DNA of 64,000 nucleotides. Origin: Fistulifera solaris. Lineage: Eukaryota. This document shows, piece after piece, positions 23,066-35,146 of the stretch. The notes below the pieces were generated by a model. The model was not told where the DNA came from. It saw nothing but the letters and a program-made list of their open reading frames with translations, and did not search any database. The position numbers were made by a program, and so were the translations under genes. The DNA lies in the NCBI GenBank assembly GCA_030295235.1, contig AP026132.1, forward strand, positions 1,178,001 through 1,242,000. Direction: 5' to 3'. Every line of letters begins with the position of its first letter. Within the stretch, counting starts at the first letter, position 1.

Positions 23066-26000
23066 TTATCGCTGCTGGGAAATATTTCTGGCCTCCTTTT
23101 CGATTGTCGCCAGGAAATCAACACAGACCTTGTGAGTATCCTCATCGCCAGGGTGCATTTCGGTCAAAGCAAGTTGTAGAGAAAGCGATGAAGTATGTAG
23201 AAAGCGGAAGGCTCGATCCCGACCATATTGGCCTTTGTTTTTGTCGACCGACAGAATCGACATCCACCACAGACACAGTGCGCGCATGATATGATGATCG
23301 ACACGAGGGCGATCCACGTTTTGACATTGTTTCGTTGTGAGTAACGCGTGTGTTACGTAGCCAGGCGAAGATGAAGGGTTTAGGTCCAACTCAATGGGAG
23401 CTAATGCTGCAGGTGCAACATTCTCCAAACTGGCCACCATCATCGAAAGAAGCTCAAAAGCTTTGTCTGTCTCTCCTAATTCACGAAGACAACGCACCAT
23501 TCCGAAAACAGTCCCTGACACATCTCGGTTCTCTAATCCAGCAACAGCCGAGAAGCCTTCGAACGCCTTCTCAAAATGTGAAAGGGAGCGGCTCCAATAA
23601 TACCGAACGGTTTCCGTGTGTGATTGCTCGGTCGAGTTTGTGGGCAAATGAACCCAGGTGGCTTGTTCGCAATTCGCAAGTACAGCAAAAGAGTCTCCTA
23701 GTATGCGGTGGTAGAACGAGCAGATCCAAGGGTCACGAAATCTCTGCAAATCTACTTGTCCTTGCTGAACGATAGTAACGAACTGTCGAAGAATCTCAAA
23801 GGAGTCTCGACCATCGTCCAAGTAAAAAATAGGCGCATCACTTGTGGTATCTCGTGATGTATTTCGTAAATACTCCATGTAAGACGCTTCCGTTCTTACC
23901 AGCAGACTCGATACGCGTTCCGTCACTTGCGTTAACAGTTGTGCGGCGTGCGAATGATTTCCAGCCCGTCTTGACATTGCAGCGAGATCAAGCATAGCCG
24001 TGATGAGAATGGGATTCACCTTCGTGTACCTCTCCTCGCACATTAGGATTAGTGTTCCGAGAACAGAAGCAGCATCGTTCCATCTTCCTTCCTCGGCGTA
24101 AGTTAGTGCCAGTAGATTCAGTAAAGCGGGAGCTCTTTTACCAACAATGATTTCGTCGTCCATTTCCTGCTCTTCTGAGCGTACATTCAAACAAACTGAC
24201 AGGCTTTTGACAAGGTAGGAGCGCGCCAAACCGAGAAACCCGACAGAACCGTCGAAGATATCACCAAGCCTAAGATTCTCGTTCGTCGGAAAACGCCGAA
24301 CGCAGTATAGAACAACTAAGCAAAGACAAAGGGAGCTAGCTGGAGCTTCCACTTTCCAAGATGCGCAAGCAACGGCACACTCCAATAGCGCCAAAGGAAA
24401 TTCTTCACCAGAGAGGGTTAACGTATCTTCTCTGAGCTTCTCCAGCAAGTCGTCTTTTGACGTATCTGATACTATTCCACCCAGATCCATGTCGTTCTCA
24501 CTCTTACTATTACCTCGACGAGCTTCTGTGCCATCAGCAACAAGTAGTTGATCGGTGCCAATCTTTTCGGTCTCGGTGCTCGCAGAATTTTCACCCTTTA
24601 ATGTATCCCCTGCATCCGGAATTTTCGACACCTCGCACGGTTGTGTGATGCTAGTTGCGCACGCAATCAATGTGGACATGTCGAAAGACGTTAACTTATA
24701 GCTTGTGGAACTTAACGTCGCATGTAAAATGCATAAGTCTTTATGCAAAACAGGACCCTCGTCGCCTAGGACATCATATAACGCTGAAAGATTAAATTGA
24801 ATCTCTAACGAAACAGAAACGAGTTTCAGTGACGAGCAGCATAGATGAAAGAAGCAAGGAAAATACACTTACCTGCAATGAAGTCGTCGTTCATCTCAAC
24901 ATTTACCAGTATGTGGCGATATCCAGTAGGCAAACTGGATCTGACCATGCCCCCGGTAGGGGAAGATTCGTAGAACAAATTCTTGATGCGGACGACACGG
25001 AACTTTGTTTGATGATCTTCACTGGTGGAGCTTTGACCACGTGCATCATTAATTTGGCTTAACCGAGCCAAACCACATATGAGTGCACCTTCGTTCGGAA
25101 AAATTATTTTAGCCCGCAAAACATCTTTTACCTGCATAATGTCGCCATCGTATTTCAAAGCCGCCTTTGATTGAATGGCGTGAGCTGTCTTTACATCAAC
25201 AAGATACCGAATACCTGAGTCAACTTCATCCAGTGTTGCATCGTCAGTATTTCTTAAATGACCGCAAATATATCGTACGAATTCGGTAAATGTGCTTATT
25301 CTTGACGATGCTGTCGCAAGCAACGCCTGTGTTTCTCTTCCTTTCTCTAGCAAAATCTTTTGTTTCAATAGAGACTCTGGGGTTTGATCCATGGAAAGAA
25401 AAGAGCATAAACGAAGCAAATCGTTTACACATGCCGGTGAGTCGGATAGGCTACCACACTTCTGTGAAGCAAAGAGCTGTATATCGTGTATTTTTGAGTT
25501 GACTGTCATGCAATGGGGAGGTGACGACGCTATTGAAATAGCTATTTTCGTCTGACTTCGAAATCGTGGCGTGCATTGTTGATTGGCGATTCATAAACGA
25601 TGGCCGACAAAACTCATTATGTAGCCACACAGCTTTGAGTTGCTTCCAATGCAAAGACAACATGTATCTTATGCTTTTATCGCGACAACCATGTAAGGAC
25701 ACCAGGTTTTCGATAGATCGTATGAGTTCCTCGTGCATTCTCCTGGGGCTCTTCGAAGTCGAATCAAGTGTTTGGACGAAATGGCTATCGCTCTTTTCTT
25801 CTTTATCGCCAGAAATCAGTGAATCGTTGTTGAGTTGCAGTCTCTCTTCATCTCTACTTCCCGAAGTCGATGAACAATGTGAAGCACATGGTTTCGAGTT
25901 TAGTGACTGCAGATTCGGAAGGCTCAGCGTCCTGCGCAATTCCGACGTTTGTCTGACGCGATTGTTCGTATCCGGAAATCCTTTTTCTTCGGCACTAGTC

Positions 26001-29000
26001 GATAACAGAAGAAAGGGCCTGCTGCTTCTATCTTTGTACAAGTGCGGCGAACTGGGGCAGCTTGAGCTTGTAGTGGGAACCATCGTTCGCTGTTGGCTTG
26101 GAGCCAATTCAAATGCTGATAAGATAGAAACCGTATCGTGAGTACCAGTCGCGGAGGTAGTTTGTCCGGAAGGAGCAGATGCTGATGTCTTTTTGTCCTC
26201 GTTGAACGAAAGATCAAGAGCGCATGTTCCTGTCCAATCGGCATTGTTATGGCGTAGATCTGGCACGAAAGATTCCGAGCCATCAACCGAATCTCCGGTT
26301 AGAATTAGATCAGGGTGATTTTTATTCACTGTATAACCAGACGGAACCATGTCCCAATGCGATATCTCTGGATGCACCACAGAACATAATGCTGTCAGTG
26401 AGGGAACTGAGCAACTTTCATCAGAAGAAAATGCATCGTCCTCTGTGAAGAAAGACGGACTTATGGGCGATCCAGGTGGGGAAATCTCCAAGGTGCCGTA
26501 AGTATCTCTCTCTATCCCAGCGAAAACACTAAGGTTCGGATCAAATAACTTGTCCGCATTATTTGCCATCACAACCTGATTTTCGCCTGTTTGAGCAGGT
26601 TTCTGTGACTTTAACTTGCTAGACAGCAAACTAAGAAGCTTGTCTGGGTCTTCATGTAAATCGACCCTGTCATGAGGAAACAAAGGAGGTCTCGTTATAT
26701 AATCTAGATGTTCAACCGGGGTTGCATCTCTGCCGGTCGAACGGTTCGTTTCCAGGATAGCAGCATGCGAATCTCGATCGGGACCTCGCAATTTGTCTCC
26801 GTCGGTTTTCAAAGAGTCCGTCTCGCTCGATGTTATCCTACCGATGCATATTTTTTGCGATCTATCCACTTCGTCCTCACTGCGACTGGCTTTTGTGCCG
26901 ATGATTGATGTAACTGATGTCTCTGCCTTGTCACTGTTGTAGATAACGCTAACATTGGTTAACTCGGTGACATCGATTTCGTTGACAGCCGCATATTGTT
27001 TGTCCATGTCGTCTTCATACGCATCAACAGGTTTGTCAATCAGGACCTCGCTCGCATCCAGGCTTTCTGATACACAGGGCGAGAACCAGTTCTCTCCATC
27101 ACAACGCCTGTTCGCCACAACAATTTCGCACGACGATGCTCGCAGTAAGGTAGAGTCCGCCCCCCTTACTTTTATTCTTCCCATTGCGAAGTCTTGCGCA
27201 TTCAATCCGTCCTCTCGGTTAACCTGTTCCGCGTCACAAGAGGCGGCTCCAATATCACCATCTATATGATACCCAGAACTTTCTTTATCGAAAAAACCAT
27301 TTTCTCTTTCCGCTACGTAAGCGAGCACGTCAACATCTGAGTCTTCGTTGCCTCCATGTGACGTATTTATACAACAACAAAACGCCTCTGCAATGAAACC
27401 TGGCTCGTCGTTCTCTATCTGCGATACATTTTGTTCGATGCCAAAGCTATCCAGTTCCGTGTAGCAAGTTGCGGTATCCGCGTTTGAACTTTCTTTAGCA
27501 GTTTGAAATGGTTCTTCACAAACGCCATTCTTCTCGGCTATAAATTTCGGCGTTTTGTCCTTGCCGTCTGTCGTATGTGCACCTTGCCTGTCTTCGAAAC
27601 TACTGGGTGCCAACTCTTGCAGTTCAAAACCGATGAGCGAATCATCATTAGCTATTCGTAGCTGATCATCACATTCTTTAGCCGCTCCGGCATCATCACC
27701 ATCGCGTAATTTGTTTGTTCGAAATACGCTTGATTCTTCTTCTCTCTTTCCCCTTGTCGTACATTGCGCTGCGAGACCGGTATGCGATTCATCTTTGTCA
27801 ATTCGTAGCTGCTCAGCACAATCTTCAGACGCTTCAAAAACGTCGTCAATCATTTCGTTTTGTTTAGACGTTGCATCTAGTCCATCTCCCAAAACACGCC
27901 GTGCCTCATCGCACGTTGCGGGGCGGATATCCCGAACTTCGTTTACTGAAGGTAGCTGATCAAAATCTTTAGCCGCATGTACAACGTCCGCGGGTTTTTC
28001 ATGCTTTGACCGCACTTTGTGTGGTCCTTCTTCGCTAATCCCCAACGTTGCATCTTGCGCTGCCAGACAGATACACGATTCGTCTCTATCTATTCTTAGA
28101 TCATCACATTGTTCAGAGGCTTCGACAACGTCATTGAGCACTTCGTTCGCTGTGGGCCTTGCGTCTAGTCCTGCTTTCAAAGTGGACCGTGCTTCATCGC
28201 AAAGTTGGACAAAATCCAAAGCTTCGTTCGCTATTTGCAGATTATCATCACAATATTCCGGCGCTTCCGCATGCACTTCTTTCTCTAATATTGAAGCGTC
28301 TAGTCCTTCGTTAATGCTACCCGGTGTCTCATCGCACGCTGCAAGTCTGTTGAATTCTAAAGATTCCTTCGCCATTCGTAGCTGAACGTCACAAAGATCA
28401 GACGCTTCGACAACGTCTTCAAGAACATCGTTTATTGTGGGCCATGCGTCTATTCCATCGTCGAAACTACACCGTGACTCATCGCAAGCGGATCTAGTAT
28501 CTAGAGCTTCGTTCGCTGCTCGTAGAATATCATAGCAATGTAGAGGAGCTTTTACAATATCGTCATGCTTTTGCTCCTCTAATCGCTCTGCGTCTAGTCC
28601 TACGTCACCACCACCCGGAGTCTCATCGCACACTACAGGGTCAGAATCCGGAGCTTCGTCTGCTTTTCGTAGCTGAGCATCACAAAGTTCAGACGCTTCA
28701 CCATCGTCATCAAATACTTCGTCCCTTTTTGGCGTTGCGTTTAGTCCATCGTCGAAACTGCACCGTGTCGCATCGCAGACGGAGCCAGTATTAAGAGCTT
28801 CGTTCGATGTTCGTAACTGATCATCACAATGTTCAGACGCTACTATAGTATTGTCAGGCACTTCGTTCTCTGATTGGTCTGCGTCTAGTCCTTCGTCAGC
28901 ATTACCCGGTATTTGATCGTACGCTGCAGGTCCAAGATCCGGAGCTTCTTCCGCTATTCGCAGCTGATCATCAATATGTCCAGACGCTTCGACAGCGCTG

Positions 29001-30505
29001 TTTAACAATTCGTTCTCTGTGGGCGTTGCGTCTATTCCAACTTCACAGCTACGCCGCGTGGCATCGCACGTTGCTTGTCGAGCATCATTCTCCATTTGCT
29101 TGTACAGTCCTTCGCCAAACGCAACTTCATAAGTTGAGCAGCCAGTATCCAAATCGTCGTTACCTATTCGTATTATCTCGTCACAATCAATTGTTGATTC
29201 TGCGATTTCTTCGGTCAGCTGCTGACGTAGATTGCTTCGATCCTTTTGGTCTGTCCCCGACAATAATCGCCCCGTGTTTTCCGTAAGACAATCGGCGTCT
29301 AACCGAGGAAAAATGTGGTCACTATCGTCGCTTTCAGTCATCTCCAAAGAATCTTTTCGGTTCAAATTGTACATAGAATCCTCTTCTTTGTAATGATTTG
29401 GTGGATCAACCGATGATTGAGATAAACTATTTGCATCCCATTTCTTCTCTTCGTCGTATCCAACAGCATGCGATGCAAAATGTAATAACGGATCTGATTC
29501 GCTTGTCGTGTATTTGTAAAGCATATCAACACTCTCGTAGGACGGAATATCCTGCACGCTGGTCATCTCATGCAACTGCTGCGACGAAGGCTTGCCTTCT
29601 GAAACATCAAAATCATCTACCCCGCTAGTTGTCACTTCCGTTTCAATGGCCGAACTTGATTTATCTGAAAAAAGCATTGTTGAACCAGTAGGTGACACCG
29701 ACTTTTCAACGTCCGAACAGTCCATGAAAGTGTTAGCATTATTGAGGGCCGCGTCATTTGTGTGTATTGGACACAGCGCTACTTTCTCTTCATCCAACAC
29801 TGTGCACGGTTCCTTTCCAGTCGCAAGCGATTTTTCTTTGATTCCATTCGCCAGCTGAAGACCATGGCCAAGTTTGCCTTCGGTAATTAAAATTCCAGGT
29901 TCTGATGTATCGGGGATACTCCTTTGATCATTTGGCGTCAATTGCTGGACAAACGCACCTGCGCTCTCATCAGAAAATGCCCCTGGCTCGCTCGCATCAC
30001 CAGATACCAATATTGACGACGCGTCAACAGTCTCATTTCCATTACTTTGTGTTATTGAATCGCTTCTCTCTGCTGTACCTGACAATTTGTTTGCACGGTT
30101 TGTTTTTTCTTCGAAGCTTTCCCGCTCGTTCGAGTTCGCAGCATGGTCGCTAGCGTCGCCATACTTCGTCACAGAGCCTCCCAGCAAAGCCATTAGTTCC
30201 CCTTCTGCTTCTGCCAGCATGCAATCGAGATCAGCAGCAGCCTCGCCCTCTGGATTTAAGAAAGGCTCTTGTGTGTTGTTGGTTTCTTCTTCTATCGATT
30301 CGAACGAGCTGGAAAGAGCATGTCGCTGATCCCCATTTTGACGTTGATCACGATAATCCGTAGAATCTCCTAATTTAACTTCTTTTACATCTTCGAGCGC
30401 GTCGTTTGGAAGAGAACTGAAGCTGCCTAAACTCACTTCAATTTCATGATCGCGGCTGCCGGTCGATATCACCTGGCTAAACAGATCTCTGTCATTATTT
30501 GTCAT
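23066..30505 (-). CDS. Giant protein: acidic tandem-repeat N-terminus + RelA/SpoT-like nucleotidyltransferase domain + TPR-like C-terminus
   Basis: The 1684-aa ORF joins ORF 24826-25509 by a probable 1-bp indel near 25490-25515. Intron 24805-24872 (GTAAGT..TAG) gives FIAEIQFNL. Motifs KYDGD...VKDVLR, RIKNLF, TGYRHILVN and EIQ. Helical TPR-like repeats follow (LNLLALTYAEEGRWNDAA; FGMVRCLRELGETDKAFELL). Confidence 0.7.
27600..29100 (-). repeat. Coding degenerate tandem repeat (~50 aa, roughly 9-10 copies)
   Basis: Recurring EASExCDxQLRxAxExxD...CDExxxxxDxGLDA in the translation. The DNA repeat GCGTCTAGTCC recurs. Confidence 0.85.
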
Positions 30506-31246
30506 ACTCTGCCGGCAAAAGACCGTCGATTGCTTCCACCACGCTTTAACTATTACGCAGTGCGGTCACTTTTCAAAGAGGTGGATTCGATTATAGGCTC
30601 GTTTTCTGCTTATTGACGGCGATCCTCATGGCCGCTCTGCGAAGGACAGTTGAGAAAAAGCAACACGAAACACGAACGGTAATGCGGAGTGTTCGCCTTG
30701 ATGACGTAGTATACACTTAAATCTAATAGTAAACCCTTTATATCCGATGCAATGTAGGGGGTACGGTACTTGTTTCTGTAAGTTATTTCCGTTGACTGAT
30801 GAACGGAACTGTCGCCATTTACATACACGACACAAAAAGAGACATTACTACTACGTACGTAGTACTACGTGCACCGCACACATTACACATACACAAGACT
30901 TCATTGGTACCGGTACGAGGTTGGCAGAAATTCAAGGGTCTCTCCCTCTCTGACCTTAGCCTAGGTCAAAAATAAACTCTAGACTAGATAAGATTGAAGA
31001 ATGCTTCGTCGACAGCACCGGAAAATGTTTGAATCTGGCATTTACATACATTTTTAACGTTAACTGGTCAAAAAACCGCGTTTCGGTCTCCAAATAAGGG
31101 CAAATAATGATGGGCCGGCGGTTAGTTTCTTCGAAGAAATGGGTGAAGGGAAAAGAAGAGCTTTGTCATCTTAAAGTGCGTCACCAAGCGTTATTTATAT
31201 CGCTCTCTCTTGTTTGTTGTTTGTTTGACTTTGACCTCGCAAGATA

Positions 31247-32538
31247 TCAATGACCCAGGCTAGAATTCGTAAATGTGACGTTATCTCGATTTGATGGGCG
31301 TGGACAATTGAGATACGTGACCTGTTTGTTATATTCTTTGGGCGGACCGTCACAGGAACGACCAAGGGTTGCCTCTACCGACACGGCTATGTCATTCAAA
31401 TCACCGATTGCTTTTGTTACGGACGGCAACACATTTCTATCGCAATCATTTAACCATACGCTTTCGTCCACTCTCGCTCGCAAGAAACACATAGTCGGGT
31501 GCTCCACAATAGCTTTCTCGTTTTGTAATGCCGCTCGAATTGCAGGAAATATGGTTCGATTCAACAGCCTCTCGTCGTGGATTCCGTATCCTTCCTCATT
31601 CGTACGAACATGCTCGTCAATGCGGGAGAACCGTTCTGCCGCCCAAATCTTAACACCTTCATAGGGACCGTAAATCATCCGATCATTGACAGGAAACTTT
31701 GCAAAGCCTGGTACAACGACCTTGTTTGAGGTAGCAAACTCATTCAGACGCACAGGCGTTAGAAAAAATACGTCGGATCGTAGCACAGCTATAGTCTCGT
31801 AGCGGATTCCCTCTTTTGAGCATGCTCTTCCGCTAAATTCCACACCGACTCAATTGAATGCCACATTTTGATTATGTTCGTGGCGGAGTCTTTCCCGAAC
31901 GATTTTTCCTTCCACGGCATGTAGAGAAGATTCCCGTTGTCGTCGGTGGCGGTACGAATTTTTCGCAGCATCTCGCCTCTCTTCTTTAAAAATTGAGCCT
32001 CGGATTCTTCCAGAAAGTGAATCTTTTCCACGTATTGTTTCAGCTGATAAATTTCATCCGAGTGTATGTCACCACCACGCCCGGAACGACCCGCCGCCTC
32101 GCGTTCTTTCTGATAGAAATGCACGTAAACATGACAGTCTTGATTGTACGGCAATACATTTTTCCGTAGAGACGGCAGTGTCAGTGACTCGAACGCTCGT
32201 GGTAACCCGAAGAAGAGCAAGGCGCAGTGTTTCTGCTTGCTTTTGGACTTGCTTTCGGTGAGGCTTTCGTTCACCGGTAATGCATCTGCGACGACGCTTT
32301 GCTTGACAGGTAATTTGTCAATAACGACACTTTCATTCACAGGCAGTATTTCCACGATAGTGCTTTCATTTTCCGACATTTCGTCCGCTACAATATTTGC
32401 GGAAAAGCTGCTTCCCGTCACCATGTTGATCGAGATCCAAAGTGTATTGCTTAACACCAATGACGTGACGGCAATGGAAAGAAGGAAAAGAAGCGTCACG
32501 GCGAACCGCCTTCTAGGCTTCAATTCCGCATTTTCCAT
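31247..32538 (-). CDS. Type II membrane protein, putative glycosyltransferase-like; one frameshift
   Basis: N-terminal basic residues plus TM anchor, a stem with three LPV.ESV repeats, then CALLFFGLPR, KMWHSIESVW, IAVLRSDVFF and NDRM. The two ORFs overlap near 31800-31840. Function is inferred from topology only. Confidence 0.6.
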
Positions 32539-32704
32539 GATTGTTGTTTCTTAGAAAGAGGGCTGTTCGCATGAGAATGAAGACAGAGAGCTATATTGAT
32601 TCCTTTTGGTTGCGAAGTGCTTTGGTGAATGTCATGTTGAGGTGATGGCCGCAGTCCGCAGTGTGCTCGTCGCCTTTCGCGCTTTATTCTCGCGTTATTT
32701 GACC

Positions 32705-33195
32705 CATGACAGAAATTCAGTCGTGGATTGGTACAACTATCTGTTTGGATCATAGTAAAAACATGAAGGTCAGGACTCGAAGACATTGCCGGCTGAAATC
32801 GCAATTACACGAAATTCCAAGGTGAGAGCATTTTTAGCTTTGCATTTATTATGGTAATGAGATTATTATCAAACGCGAAAAAGACGACAACTTCGCGCTG
32901 CAGGCTGCATGTACAAAAGGAATAATGCAGTCTCATGAGAAATTCAGTCGTGGATTGGTACAACCTACCTTTTGGAGGATAGTAAAAACATGAAGGTCTG
33001 AAATCGCAATTGCGCAAAATTCCAAGGTGAGAGCATCATGAGCGTTGGATCTATTATTGTAATGCGACTATAATCAAACGTGAAAAAGACAAAAAGTTCG
33101 CGCTGTAGGCTGCATTTACAAAAGGATTAATGCAGTCTCTTACAACCGAAATCCAGTCGTGGATCGGTACAACCAACTGTTTGGATCATAGTAAA
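32705..33195 (+). repeat. ~210-230-bp repeat, about 2.3 tandem copies; a further copy at 42494-42690
   Basis: Units start at ~32705, ~32934 and ~33146 (CAGTCGTGGATTGGTACAAC...ATAGTAAAAACATGAAGGTC). A near-identical sequence lies at 42494-42690. Confidence 0.88.
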
Positions 33196-33394
33196 GCAGT
33201 GTTTTCACTTACCGGTACCCAGAAAATCTGTGGAATGAATCATCATCATCGTTCCTTCCCAGAAAATCTTGGTGTGTGTTGAATAAGGAGTACCGTACCG
33301 GTACCAGGTATGATGAGAATGAAAGCTTCATAAGCATGCTCATACCATATTGTATTTCAAAAAGCATAAATCTATCATCATTACCATCGTAGTA

Positions 33395-34345
33395 ATGTCA
33401 CTCACACGAGCATTGCTACTGTTCGTGGCGTCAACCTGTTTTTCTGGTCGAATTTCGGGCTTCTTCATTCAATCTACGGCACGACAAACCGCGCACTCGT
33501 CGGAGCTTCTTGCTGCCGACGACACACCGCCGTCCGGGTTAACCCAATGGGTGATCGAAAATCTGGAGACTGAACAGATGATAACTTCATCATCAGCTAC
33601 ACAAGCCGGAGAGGGCGACACTTTACCGCGAGAAGGATTAGTTATAGGTAGCGTTCGAGTGCTCGCGGCAGATGCAGAACATCCACAACAACAAGAGAAT
33701 GAATTTATTCGAAACATTTATCTCTTAATGGGACGAAATGGATGGGGCACGGGAGTTCATCCAACAACACGCTTGTGTCTCGAATGGTTGTGCGAACAGA
33801 TACAAGGAGGGGAAGTAGTGCTCGATTACGGATGCGGCTCGGGAATTTTGTCCATCGCCGCGCTGCACATGGGTGCTGCTCGATGCATTGGGGTGGACAT
33901 TGAAGCAGAGGCTCTCATAACGGCAGAGAGAAATGTGGCTTTAAATGAATATGACTCGTCAAGGTTTGAAGGCTTACACACGCGAGAGATTCTTCCCTAT
34001 GAAATCGTTCCGGGGAGAGGCGTGGACGTTTGTATCGCAAATATTCTTATTGGTCAACTAGTTCGACCTTCTATGGTCGCTGCTTTGGTGTCCAATATAA
34101 GAGACGATGGACTTTTGGGTTTGTCGGGTATCCGTCCCCATGAAGTGGATTCGCTGAAAGCAGCGTACGGAGAGAGCATGGAATGGATGGATGATCAATA
34201 CGCGGAGCTTTCAGCGGAGGAAACCGAAGGCAGCCTGGCTTCCTACGGGTTTGATTGCGGTAGGTGGTCGCGACTGGTCGGACGAAAGCGGGCCGCCGAT
34301 GGTAAAAGTGAAATCGAACGGATGAGTGAACTAGCTGTTTCTTGA
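33395..34345 (+). CDS. PrmA-like (ribosomal protein L11) SAM-dependent methyltransferase, likely plastid-targeted
   Basis: Motifs GWGTGVHPTT, VLDYGCGSGILSIAA, GVDI and ANIL. Signal peptide ending ISG-FF. Confidence 0.85.
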   Translation: MSLTRALLLFVASTCFSGRISGFFIQSTARQTAHSSELLAADDTPPSGLTQWVIENLETEQMITSSSATQAGEGDTLPREGLVIGSVRVLAADAEHPQQQENEFIRNIYLLMGRNGWGTGVHPTTRLCLEWLCEQIQGGEVVLDYGCGSGILSIAALHMGAARCIGVDIEAEALITAERNVALNEYDSSRFEGLHTREILPYEIVPGRGVDVCIANILIGQLVRPSMVAALVSNIRDDGLLGLSGIRPHEVDSLKAAYGESMEWMDDQYAELSAEETEGSLASYGFDCGRWSRLVGRKRAADGKSEIERMSELAVS

Positions 34346-35146
34346 AGAGGATACTTAAGTTTATCCAGTCAAGCCTGACTGGCGACGTTTGCTAATCGAG
34401 TTCAATTGTTTGTTCCTTCTTGCGGCGGTCGATGTAAGCAAAAGCCGTGGTAAAATATTCTTACGTAGACGCGCCGGTGGTTTGTTCCGTTATGATTCCA
34501 AGTATCTACTGCCAACAAACTTAGCAGGCGACAAAGAACAAGTATAGGCTGCGACCAGCTAGCGCTTCACTAGAAGAATATTTAAATAGATTGTTTGATG
34601 GACGTCCTTGAGGTACCTCGCCTTTACGTTTGCGCCCCCATGACTATAATTATGCTAACCGCTGTGTCCAAATGGAGATGAAGACCCAATGCGTTGTCGA
34701 GAAGCGCCTGCTGAAACAAAATGCCAGAATTCTCTGCCAGTGCAATGGCTATTTTGTAATGAGCGTAGCCCATATCATTTTGCCCGCTTCCAGAAGCCAG
34801 TTTTGCTTCAAATTCAAAATGATTACCATAGAAGGTCAAAAGTTATGTAAGATTATCAGCAAGGACTCGCATTGTCACCAAGCTTCAGTTTGTAACCAAT
34901 ACAGTATTCCATCAGAAATGTTCACTTGTGTTGCTTCTAAATTATGTTTTACTTACATCCTTCGAGATTACAACTGGCTTTCTAGAGGAAAACGTATTTA
35001 TGGCGTCGGTTATACCGACACATCTTGCGCTGGACTTTTGTACAAACATTGAACCGTCTTCTCAACCCTTCTACGATGTAGTTGTCCAACTAATACTGTC
35101 ACGTTTACAATTAGTTTAACAACAATACACCTGGCGCTGATCCTTT

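Noticed and set aside
34380..35140. 140-aa ORF 34630-35052 and neighbours between the PrmA-like and TPR genes
   Set aside because: Non-ATG start, no motifs and Cys-rich random composition. I cannot support it as a gene.
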